From contig CAXXWX010000016.1 of assembly GCA_963675745.2 (NCBI GenBank), forward strand, positions 192,001 through 256,000: 64,000 bases of DNA. The letters are read 5' to 3'. Positions 19,578 to 28,376 of this stretch are shown here, in pieces (positions within the stretch are counted from its first letter, which is position 1; every line of letters starts with the position of its first letter). The translations under genes were made by a program, and so were the position numbers. Source of the stretch: Phycisphaerae bacterium (GTDB lineage Bacteria > Planctomycetota > Phycisphaerae > UBA1845 > Fen-1342). The notes under the pieces were generated by a model. That model was not told the DNA's origin. It was given only the letters and a program-made list of their open reading frames with translations, and did no database searches.

Positions 19578-20447
19578 ATGGGTCAGCCTCCGGTATATCC
19601 ACTCGGGGAGGTCGGAATCGTGGTGCGCGCAGACAATGCCCTGACCGCCGGCAAGGAGCTCGCGGAGCACAGCCAACTGCTGCTCAGCCTCGCGTCGCGC
19701 GACATCCGCGTCCGCTATAAGCAGTCGCTGCTGGGCATCGCCTGGGCCGTGCTGCTGCCGCTCTCGATGATGCTGATCTTCACCTTCGTCTTCACGCGGG
19801 CGGTGAAGATCGCCCACGGGCTCGACCCCGCCCTGCCCTACGCCCTCTACGCCTACACCGGGCTGGTGCCCTGGACCTTCTTCAGCATGGCCACCATCGC
19901 CTGCGTCAACTCGCTGGTCGCCAACCGCAACCTGGTCACCAAGGTCTACTTCCCGCGCGAGGTGTTCCCGCTGGCGTGCGTGTTGAGCTCCTTCATGGAC
20001 TTCTGCGTCGCCGGGGCCGTGCTGGTCGGGCTGATGCTCTACTTCCACCTGGGTGGCACCTGGTCGTTCGTTTTTCATCCCGCGCTGGTACTCGTGCCGG
20101 TGATCGTACTGGTGCAGATCGCCTTTACCGCCGGGCTGGGCATGGTGCTGGCGATGGCGAACCTGTTCTATCGCGACGTGCGCCAGGTTGTGGCGGTGGC
20201 GCTGCAACTGCTGATGTTCGTCTCCTGCGTAGTAGTGCCACTGCCCAAGGACGGCTCGCTGCTGGGGCAACTAATGATGCTGAACCCGCTGGTCCCGCTG
20301 ATCAGCGCCTATCGCGACTGCATTCTGCGCGGCTGCTGGCCGGAGCCGGCGCCGTTTGCCTATGCCACCCTGGTCGCCCTGACGCTCCTGGGCGGCGGGT
20401 GGTACTGCTTCCGCCGGGCCTCTTACCGTTTCGCGGAGTGCATCTAG
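19578..20447 (+). CDS. wzm: Polysaccharide ABC transporter permease (Wzm)
   Basis: RDIRVRYKQSLLGIAW, LVTKVYFPRE, six TM helices, LNPL. Confidence 0.9.
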   Translation: MGQPPVYPLGEVGIVVRADNALTAGKELAEHSQLLLSLASRDIRVRYKQSLLGIAWAVLLPLSMMLIFTFVFTRAVKIAHGLDPALPYALYAYTGLVPWTFFSMATIACVNSLVANRNLVTKVYFPREVFPLACVLSSFMDFCVAGAVLVGLMLYFHLGGTWSFVFHPALVLVPVIVLVQIAFTAGLGMVLAMANLFYRDVRQVVAVALQLLMFVSCVVVPLPKDGSLLGQLMMLNPLVPLISAYRDCILRGCWPEPAPFAYATLVALTLLGGGWYCFRRASYRFAECI

Positions 20448-21743
20448 ATGAGTAACGCCCCGGTGCGCTTCGAGCAAGTGTCGAAACGGTTCCGCCTCGG
20501 GGCCAACCATGACTCCCTGCGCGACCTGCTGGCGGCGGGAGCTGGGCGCCTGCTTGGGCGCCGCGGCACCCGGCGCGAACGTTCGAACCTCTGGGCCCTC
20601 AAGAACGTAAGTTTCGCGGCCGCCCCGGGCGAGGCGTTGGGCATCATCGGCCCTAACGGTGCGGGCAAGAGCACGGCCCTGCGGCTACTGGCGGGCATCC
20701 TGTGCCCGGACGGAGGTGAAGTGCACGTGCGCGGCCGGCTCAGCGCGCTGATCGAGGTCGGTGCCGGCTTTCACGGGGACCTGACGGGGCGCGAGAACGT
20801 CTTTCTTAACGGCGCTATCCTCGGCATGAGCCGGACGGAGATTCGCAGCAAGCTGGACGCGATCGTCGCCTTCGCCGGGCTCGAGCGTTTTCTCGATACG
20901 CCGGTCAAGCGCTACAGCTCCGGCATGTACGCCCGCCTCGGCTTCAGCATCGCCGCCCACGTCGATCCGGAAGTGCTGTTGGTGGATGAAGTGCTCTCTG
21001 TGGGGGACGCGGTCTTTCGCCTGCGCTGTTTGGAGCGGATGCGCGAGCTGGTGCAAAGCGGCACCACACTCATCTTCGTTACGCACAACCTGGAGCAGAT
21101 GCAGGCGATCTGCCCGCGCGCGTTGGTGCTGGACGGCGGGGTGGTGGCGTATGAAGGCGACGCCCGCCTGGCGGTCAGTCACTACATGGAAGCCATGTCC
21201 CACGCCTACTACACCAAGCCGACCGACCTGCCCACAGGCCAACACGGGCAACAGAGTGCGGTCGAATTGGTGGAGCTGAAGACGCTGAACGCCGCGGGGG
21301 AGCAAGTAGTCTGGACGCCCGCAGGCGCGCGGATCGAGGTGGAGCTGACCTTGCGCTTGCGCCACCCGATTCGACGGCTGATATTGGAACTTAACCTGCG
21401 TGCCAGTCCGCGCGAGAACCTGCTCAGCTTCAACTCCGGGCGGGAAGAACGCTATTTCGACGTCCCCGCCGGGTTGCAGCGTTTCCGGCTGTCGCTGCCC
21501 GAGCTGCCGCTGGCGAGCGGGCAGTACTTATGGATCGTGCGGGCGTGGGATCATGACACATCCGTAGCGGAGTTGGATGCCCCGCGCAACTTTCCACTGG
21601 TGGTGGACGATCAAGGGCGGGCGACGGGTACCTTGGCACTCAAGCACGAGTGGCACTTCGAGGCTAAAGACCGTGCCGCAAGCGCCGAAACCTTCGCACC
21701 CGTCGGGGGCGTAAGCGCCACCGAAGTCGGAGCCAAAGCGTGA
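20448..21743 (+). CDS. wzt: Polysaccharide ABC transporter ATPase (Wzt) with C-terminal carbohydrate-binding domain
   Basis: GPNGAGKST, YSSGMYARLGFS, LLVDEVLSVGD, about 170-aa C-terminal extension. Confidence 0.92.
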   Translation: MSNAPVRFEQVSKRFRLGANHDSLRDLLAAGAGRLLGRRGTRRERSNLWALKNVSFAAAPGEALGIIGPNGAGKSTALRLLAGILCPDGGEVHVRGRLSALIEVGAGFHGDLTGRENVFLNGAILGMSRTEIRSKLDAIVAFAGLERFLDTPVKRYSSGMYARLGFSIAAHVDPEVLLVDEVLSVGDAVFRLRCLERMRELVQSGTTLIFVTHNLEQMQAICPRALVLDGGVVAYEGDARLAVSHYMEAMSHAYYTKPTDLPTGQHGQQSAVELVELKTLNAAGEQVVWTPAGARIEVELTLRLRHPIRRLILELNLRASPRENLLSFNSGREERYFDVPAGLQRFRLSLPELPLASGQYLWIVRAWDHDTSVAELDAPRNFPLVVDDQGRATGTLALKHEWHFEAKDRAASAETFAPVGGVSATEVGAKA

Positions 21744-22837
21744 AGATCTGCCTCTTTGGCGACCTTGATTGCGTACACGTACCGCGGGCGGCTACCGGGC
21801 TGGCGGCGCGGGGGCATACGGTGCACGTCTGCTGCCATCACCCGGCCGAGCTACCCGGCGTGACGGTGCAGAAATTTGCCGTGCCGGCGCCCGGTCTGCG
21901 GAATCCGCGCCGCTGGCAGCAGCGCCAAGAGGCCTACCTCAAGGGTTTCCTGCGCAAGTTCGACGTCGTGCTCATCTGCTTTCTCAGTGATTGGGGCCTC
22001 ACGCCGCAGCTTATGGAGCAGGGTTGCCTGGTGGCCTTCCCCTTCGGTTCCGACATCGTGCCCCCCCCCGGCGAGGACCCGCCCTCCGCCAGCCTATCGG
22101 CCGCACGTCTGAATATGTTGCGGCACGCCCAAGCGATCGGAGTCGCCGGCCCGCGCTTCGCGAAAGTGGTTGCTCATTTTGCAGGCTTGGAGTGTGAGCG
22201 CGTTGACCTGCTGCCGATCGGGGTGGACACCGAACTGTTCAAACCGCGACCGGCTTCTGACAAGGGAGTCATACGCCCCCCTCGCGTCGGCTTCTTCAAA
22301 GGCTTCCGCCGCGTATATGGCGCCCCTTATCTGGTGCGTGCCATACCCTCGGTGTTAGACGAGGTACCCCTGGCGCGTTTCGACTTCATCGGTGACGGCC
22401 CGGAGCTACTCTTAAGTAAACAGATGGCGGGTTTGTACGGAGTGGAGTCCGCGATCAACTGGCATCGCCCCCAGCCGCACCGCAACCTGCCGAACTTCCT
22501 CGCCGGCTGGGACCTTAGTGTTATTCCCTCACTCTGTGAGAGCTTCGGCGTAGCGGCGCTGGAGTCGGCCGCGATGCAGGTGCCGGTGGTCGCGTCCGAC
22601 GTCGGAGGCCTGCCTGATACCGTGCTGCACGAACAGACCGGGCTGCTGGTGCCTCCGCAGGCGCCTGAAGCCCTGGCCGACGCGATCATTACCCTGCTCC
22701 AAGACACACCGCGCCGCCGCCTCATGGGCCTGACCGGGCGCGCGTTCGTCAAAGAGCATTACGAATGGGACAATCTCTTGCAGCGATGGGAAGACGTATT
22801 TGAAAAGGCCCGCGATCGTGCGGCCGTAATGGTCTAA
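21740..22837 (+). CDS. Glycosyltransferase family 4
   Basis: PSLCESFGVAALESAAMQVPVVASDVGGLPD (EX7E). Confidence 0.9.
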   Translation: MKICLFGDLDCVHVPRAATGLAARGHTVHVCCHHPAELPGVTVQKFAVPAPGLRNPRRWQQRQEAYLKGFLRKFDVVLICFLSDWGLTPQLMEQGCLVAFPFGSDIVPPPGEDPPSASLSAARLNMLRHAQAIGVAGPRFAKVVAHFAGLECERVDLLPIGVDTELFKPRPASDKGVIRPPRVGFFKGFRRVYGAPYLVRAIPSVLDEVPLARFDFIGDGPELLLSKQMAGLYGVESAINWHRPQPHRNLPNFLAGWDLSVIPSLCESFGVAALESAAMQVPVVASDVGGLPDTVLHEQTGLLVPPQAPEALADAIITLLQDTPRRRLMGLTGRAFVKEHYEWDNLLQRWEDVFEKARDRAAVMV

Positions 22838-23005
22838 ACAGGAGTACCGAGAGTCGAAAGCAGAAGGGTGGCATGCCCAAGCCGAAGGCACCGGCATGTT
22901 ATTGCGGAACGAAGGCGTTCTTCCGAGGGACAGCATGGCGGCGCTGCGCTTGGCCATGCCACCCACGTTAGACCACCGGCTTCCCTGCTGCAGGGAGCTA
23001 TTCAG
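22834..23005 (+). repeat. 172-bp MITE/REPIN-like intergenic element, copy 1
   Basis: CTAAACAGGA...GGGTGGCATGCCCAAGCC...CATGGCGGCGCTGCGCTTGGCCATGCCACCC...GCAGGGAGCTATTCAG; colinear with 26536-26824 and 58644-58815. Confidence 0.8.
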
Positions 23006-23038
23006 GCTGGATAGAAGACTACTGTTAGTACCGAGTCA

Positions 23039-24478
23039 ATGGCACGCGCTCCGGCAAATTCTGACTCCCGCATCGACGCACCGGGTGCGGCTGCGCCCCG
23101 GGTCTTGATCCTGGCTTGCGCGTTTCCCCCCACTGGAGGCGTGGGGGTAATGCGCGTGGTCAAATTCGCCAAGTATCTGCCGGCGTATGGGTGGAACCCT
23201 TGGGTTTGGTCGGCCGACTACGTCCCCGGTTTGCCCCGCGATGAATCGCTCAGGTCCGGGCTGCTGCCAACCCTGGAGCACAGCACCCTACCCACGCGCG
23301 ATCCCGCCGCGTGGCTCAAACACAAATTCGCACCTTTCCACAAGCATCCTCGGCTCTACCACCGCTGGCTGGAGGGGCTCGAATGGCGCTTGAGCAACTG
23401 GTCACGCTGGTGCCTCACCCAGGACTTCCCCGACGACCAGGCGTCCTGGGCCCGTAGGAGCTATCATCACCTGCTCCGCCAACTTAAGAGTAGACCGGTA
23501 GACCTTCTCTTCAGCACCTTCAGCCCCGCGTCCAACCACTGGCTGGCGCTCAAGCTGCACCGCGCCACCGGCATCCCTTGGATCGCGGACTTCCGCGACC
23601 TCTGGACGGAGGACGGAGAGGTGCCGCGGCGCGGGTGGCTCAGGCGCCGGCTGGAGCGGCGGCTGGAGCAGCATTGTCTCGAAACCGCTGCGGCCGTGAC
23701 CGCGACCGACCATACTCTGGAGCTGCTCGCGCGTCACCTGCCGGACGAGCGGCACAAGTTCCACCTGGTGCCCAACGGAGTTGACCTCGACGACTTCGTG
23801 CCTCTCCGCACGCGCAACAAAGGAGGTGTAGCCGAACGGCAAGGCGGCCGATTCCGGCTCAGCTTCGTAGGTCAGTTCCGCGAAACCAGAGTCACCCCAG
23901 AGTACTATGAGGGCATCGTGCGTTTCCTGCGCGGTGACGCGGAGCGCCAGGCGCAGTTCGAATTACGTGTAGTCGGATCGATTTCCGCGGACTTGCAGCA
24001 GCGCGCCCGCGCCGCGGGCATAAACTTAACAGTTGCCGGGCACCTGCCGCACCGGGAAGCTCTGCGCGAAATGGTGGAGGCGGATGTGCTCTTGCTTTCC
24101 ACCGCCTGCCGCAGAAACTCCACCCATGTCATCCCCGCCAAGACTTACGAGTACCTCGCCTCGGGCAGACCGATCCTCGTAGTAGGCGCACCGGATAGCG
24201 ACGCGCTCCGCCTGGTGGAGGACAACGGCGCGGGGGTGGGGGTGGGGCACGACCCGGACGCACTGGCCGAGGCCTTGGGAGATTACTGGGAAGCCTGGCG
24301 CGTGGAGCAGCTCCCCACCGGCTGCACCCTCGAGGAATTGGAACGGTACAGTAGAGCAACCGCGACCCGCCAGCTCGCGGACATCTTCAACCGGGTATCC
24401 GGCCGCGCCCCGGTCGCCCTGGAACCGAGACCGGCGCCGTCCTGCACCCTCCAAGTCGCGGGAGTAGCCGCCGAATGA
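23039..24478 (+). CDS. Glycosyltransferase family 4
   Basis: FPPTGGVGVMR, PWIADFRDLW, PAKTYEYLASGRPIL. Confidence 0.88.
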   Translation: MARAPANSDSRIDAPGAAAPRVLILACAFPPTGGVGVMRVVKFAKYLPAYGWNPWVWSADYVPGLPRDESLRSGLLPTLEHSTLPTRDPAAWLKHKFAPFHKHPRLYHRWLEGLEWRLSNWSRWCLTQDFPDDQASWARRSYHHLLRQLKSRPVDLLFSTFSPASNHWLALKLHRATGIPWIADFRDLWTEDGEVPRRGWLRRRLERRLEQHCLETAAAVTATDHTLELLARHLPDERHKFHLVPNGVDLDDFVPLRTRNKGGVAERQGGRFRLSFVGQFRETRVTPEYYEGIVRFLRGDAERQAQFELRVVGSISADLQQRARAAGINLTVAGHLPHREALREMVEADVLLLSTACRRNSTHVIPAKTYEYLASGRPILVVGAPDSDALRLVEDNGAGVGVGHDPDALAEALGDYWEAWRVEQLPTGCTLEELERYSRATATRQLADIFNRVSGRAPVALEPRPAPSCTLQVAGVAAE

Positions 24479-25521
24479 CCACCCCCACCGTCTCCGTCAT
24501 CATCCCCACCTACAACCGGGCGGAGCTGCTGCCCCGGGCGCTGGATTCGGTGCGGGCGCAGACGTTCGGTGACTGGGAAATCGTGCTGGTGGACGACGGA
24601 TCGACGGATGAAACAGAAACGGTCGCGGCCAAGTACAGTCGCATACTCGGTCCGCGCTTCGTCTATTACCGGCAGGAGAACCAGGGCGCCAGCGCCGCCC
24701 GCAACCGCGGCCTGAACTTGAGCCGCGGGCGCTTCCTTGCCTTCCTCGATTCCGACGACGAGTACCTGCCCCGCAAGCTCGAAAGACAGCTCGCCCTCTT
24801 CGAGCTGCGCCCGGAGCTGGGATTGGTCTACAGCGATTACGCCTACGTCGACCTGGCGGGATCGCAGCATCCCAGTGCCTTCGCTACGTGCCACGCATTG
24901 GCACGCCAGGTTCCATCCGCGCCGGTTGCACCCGGCCTGTTCCTCTGCCGGGGAAACCTGTTGGACTGGTTGCTGCGCGAGTATTTCATCGCCACGATCG
25001 TCGGCATGGTGCGGCGCGAGGTGCTCGGCAACGACATTCGGTTTCCAGAGGAACTGAGCTACGCGGAGGAATGGCTCTTCTACTTGCAGGTAGCCCAGAA
25101 ATGCCCCGCCGGCTTCGTGGACGAGCCGCTCGCGCTGCATCATCACCTGCCCGGCAGCCTCGCTCGTACCGATACCCACCGCAACAACCTGCGCCTGCGC
25201 CGGCTGCTCGAGACCATCCCCGCGGTGCTGCCGCATCTGACCCACCCCCAACGACGCCAACTGCGTCGGCGCCGGGCTACCGCCAGCCGCCAACTCGGAT
25301 ATGACGCCTTTCACGCCGGGAGCTTTGACGAAGCCCGACGTTTCCTGCACGACGCCCTACGCGGAGCACCCTCCCTCCGCAGTCTCTACGACCTCGCCCA
25401 CGCCACCCTGTGTCGATTCACACGGGGAGCAGAGGCGTCGGTGCACGGCACCTGCCGGCTCAACTCAGGTGGCCAATCGTCCGATAAACCGAATACTCTG
25501 GGTCGGGCGCCGGTCCGGTGA
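24475..25521 (+). CDS. Glycosyltransferase family 2
   Basis: VSVIIPTYNR, VDDGSTD, ARNRG, FLDSDD. Confidence 0.92.
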   Translation: MTTPTVSVIIPTYNRAELLPRALDSVRAQTFGDWEIVLVDDGSTDETETVAAKYSRILGPRFVYYRQENQGASAARNRGLNLSRGRFLAFLDSDDEYLPRKLERQLALFELRPELGLVYSDYAYVDLAGSQHPSAFATCHALARQVPSAPVAPGLFLCRGNLLDWLLREYFIATIVGMVRREVLGNDIRFPEELSYAEEWLFYLQVAQKCPAGFVDEPLALHHHLPGSLARTDTHRNNLRLRRLLETIPAVLPHLTHPQRRQLRRRRATASRQLGYDAFHAGSFDEARRFLHDALRGAPSLRSLYDLAHATLCRFTRGAEASVHGTCRLNSGGQSSDKPNTLGRAPVR

Positions 25522-25578
25522 AGCATCAGCGCACAGGCGGGAGCATGGCAGCGGGTGCGCCGGAAGAAGTCGAGGAAG

Positions 25579-25649
25579 CACTGCTCACAGAGCAGTGGCA
25601 CACAGCACACGCGCAACCGCAGAGGCACTGCTCAAGAGCAGTGGCACCC
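25579..25649. repeat. REP-like palindromes CACTGCTCAAGAGCAGTGGCAC (two here; also 35398-35422, 36023-36047, 53509-53532)
   Basis: Same 8-bp-stem hairpin with a GCAC tail found five times, all intergenic. Confidence 0.8.
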
Positions 25650-25690
25650 ACGTGAGTGCAAGTGTGAGCGAGTGTCAGAGAGTTTGACTC

Positions 25691-26539
25691 ATGACTACCT
25701 CCGTCGCTGAAGCCAAGCCAGCTCCGCCCGCGACCGCGACCACCGGGCCCGGGGTATGGGAGCAGCTCTGGCGCAAACCGCTTTCCGACGCGGCCGACGA
25801 CGCTCAGCTTGCGCGCGAGCGGCGCAGCCCGCGCTGGACGGCGCTGACGGAACGCCTCGAAGCCACCTTCGGAAGGATCGCAGACCTGCGCACCCTCGAA
25901 CTGGGTAGTGGGCGCGGCGACTTATCCGCCCTCCTGGCTGAGCGCGGGGCGCAAGTCACCCTGCTGGACTACAGCACGACCGCTCTGAACCAGGCACGGC
26001 GGCGTTTTGATCGGCTGGGTCTGGAAGCACGCTACGCCCGGGACGACCTGCTTGGACCACTTGACAAGCTGCGAGGCAGCTTCGACGTCGCCCTGTCGTC
26101 CGGCGTTATCGAGCACTTCAAGGGCTATCAGCGCACCCGCGCCCTGCAGGCGCACTACCGGGTATTGAACCCACGCGGGTTCTGCCTGATCAGTGTGCCG
26201 CACGCCTGGTGCATTCCTTACCGGATCTGGAAGCTGTATCTCGAAGTGCGCGGCTGGTGGCCTTACGGCATGGAGATCCCCTTCAGTCGGACCGAGCTTA
26301 CCCGCCGAGCCCGCGCCGCCGGCTTCGCCCGCAGCGAGACCCCGGCGGTGGGATTCTGGCAGGCGCTCGGCGACCACTGGGGGCGCAGTATTCTGGGTCG
26401 AGGGCCGGATTGGGTGGACAAACCTTCCTGCTGCGACCAAGCGTTAGGGCTTAACCTACTGCTGTTCGCCTGGTGCCAGGATATGGCACTCGATGGGCGG
26501 GCGGAGGCGAATGAACATCCCGGACCTCGCAGGAGCTAG
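25691..26539 (+). CDS. Class I SAM-dependent methyltransferase
   Basis: LELGSGRG, LDYS, FDVALSSGVIEHF, LNPRG. Confidence 0.88.
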   Translation: MTTSVAEAKPAPPATATTGPGVWEQLWRKPLSDAADDAQLARERRSPRWTALTERLEATFGRIADLRTLELGSGRGDLSALLAERGAQVTLLDYSTTALNQARRRFDRLGLEARYARDDLLGPLDKLRGSFDVALSSGVIEHFKGYQRTRALQAHYRVLNPRGFCLISVPHAWCIPYRIWKLYLEVRGWWPYGMEIPFSRTELTRRARAAGFARSETPAVGFWQALGDHWGRSILGRGPDWVDKPSCCDQALGLNLLLFAWCQDMALDGRAEANEHPGPRRS

Positions 26540-26824
26540 ATAGGACCACTGAAAATGGAAACCAGCAGGGTGGCATGCCCAAGCCGAAGGCGCCGGCATG
26601 TGCTGCAAGCACGTAGGGTGCGTCCCGGACGCACCTGTTATGGGATTGGAGATTGTGGATTGTGGATTAGGAAGCAGGTGGAAGTAGCAGATAGGTACCG
26701 CAAGTGCCTTCCGCATTCGCTCTTCGCTATTCGACATTCGCTATTTCCCCCGTATGGCGGCGCCGCGCTTAGCCATGCCACCCACTTTGGACCGTCGGTT
26801 TCGCTAGTGCAGGGAGTCATTTAG
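26536..26824 (+). repeat. MITE/REPIN-like element, copy 2, with nested GTAG-REP and heptamer module
   Basis: Same ends as 22834-23005; centre carries GTAGGGTGCGTCCCGGACGCACC and GATTGTG/ATTCGCT heptamers. Confidence 0.8.
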
Positions 26825-26827
26825 CAG

Positions 26828-28039
26828 GTGTCTCGCCCACTGCGCATTCTACTCGACGCGCGCATGATGCTGGGGAGCTTCTCCGGCGTGGGGCGCGTGG
26901 TGACCTGCTTGGTCGATGAACTGGCTCGGCAGGACGGGCTGGAACTGCTGGTCCTCTGTGGCAACGAGCCCTACGAACCGTGGCGCGGGCGCGACGATAT
27001 CGAGCTGGTCACCTCCAGCTTCACCCGCGCCCACCGCACGGCCATCCGCCGCGCCTGGTGGGAGGCGCGCCACCTGGCGCCTATCATCCGCCGCACCCAG
27101 GCGGATGTCTTTCACGCCACCTGGAACACAGGCGTCCCGCCGCGCTGCCCGGCAGCCGCCGTGCTCACCATTCATGACCTGATCCCGCTGCACGAGCCCG
27201 CCCGCCACTTCGCCAACCGGCGGCAGCAGTTCGCCTATCACTACGCGCTGCGCAGCTCGGCCACCCGCGCCAACCTAGTCACCACCGTTAGTGAATACGT
27301 CCGGCGGGAGGTCCTCGACCAGTTGCAGCTCGAGCCCGACCGCGTGGTGGCAATCCCCAACGGGGTAATCTTGCCCGATGCTCTGCCGTTGCCTCCTCAT
27401 ACCGTATGCGGGAGCGATCCCTATGTGCTCTACGTCGGCGGGCACGAACCGCGCAAGAATCTGGCGGCCGTCTTGCACGCCCTCGCCCACTACTGGCAGC
27501 ATCATGACCCAACGCTTCAACTCCGACTCACCGGGCGCGTCGAAGCCCTCTCCGAGCAGGCCCGCACCGCCTACTCGAGCCTGCCTCATCCCGAGCGCGT
27601 GACGTTCCTCGGCAGCCTGAACGAGCAGGACTTGGCGGCCGCATACCGTGGCGCCCAAGCCCTGCTGCTGCTTTCCGAGGCCGAAGGTTTCGGGCTGCCC
27701 GTGTTGGAGGCCTTTGCCCACGGCTGCCCTGTAGTCGCAGCCGAGCGGGCATCCCTGCCCGAAGTCGTGGGCAACGCCGGCCTGCTGGTAAATCCGGACG
27801 ACCCCGCCGAGGTCGCCCGGGCACTCGCACGAATCAGGTCCGACCCTGCCCTCCGGCAGACGTGCAGCGTCCGAGGCCTGACGCGCGCCCGCCAGTTCAC
27901 GTGGCAGGCGACGGCCTCCCAGATGCGCCACGCGTACGAACAGGCCGCCTCTCAGGCCTGCAACACCCGCCCCAAGCAGGCCCCCGCACGCCCTGACGCC
28001 GCCGTCCGCAAGACCTCTAATATCGGCACTATCGTTTGA
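26828..28039 (+). CDS. Glycosyltransferase family 4 (WbpY/mannosyltransferase-like)
   Basis: TIHDLIP, EPRKN, EGFGLPVLEAFAHGCPV, SLPEVVG. Confidence 0.9.
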   Translation: MSRPLRILLDARMMLGSFSGVGRVVTCLVDELARQDGLELLVLCGNEPYEPWRGRDDIELVTSSFTRAHRTAIRRAWWEARHLAPIIRRTQADVFHATWNTGVPPRCPAAAVLTIHDLIPLHEPARHFANRRQQFAYHYALRSSATRANLVTTVSEYVRREVLDQLQLEPDRVVAIPNGVILPDALPLPPHTVCGSDPYVLYVGGHEPRKNLAAVLHALAHYWQHHDPTLQLRLTGRVEALSEQARTAYSSLPHPERVTFLGSLNEQDLAAAYRGAQALLLLSEAEGFGLPVLEAFAHGCPVVAAERASLPEVVGNAGLLVNPDDPAEVARALARIRSDPALRQTCSVRGLTRARQFTWQATASQMRHAYEQAASQACNTRPKQAPARPDAAVRKTSNIGTIV

Positions 28040-28376
28040 AACTACCCATGTAAGCATTCCAGCAGTGGCTGGTGTAAACCTCGGTATATTATGCCGGCTT
28101 GACCGTTGGGACGCCGTGCGTGTGGAACCCCTTCCCTGGCAACCGAACGAGGTTGCCCCGAGACCCTGGACACCCTGCGGGCTACCGGCGACACTAGTGG
28201 TTCTCGGCCAAGAACGCAGGCGGCGCCCGCTGGGGGGAGTCACGTACGACTAACGCTAGCAACCGCCAACCGCGACTTGGCGACCGTATTCGCCTCTGCC
28301 GGGATCGTCCGAGGCGCGGGGCAGCACTCATCCGGCCGGAGGGCATACGCCCACCGGCTGCAAGATCCGAGGGAAG

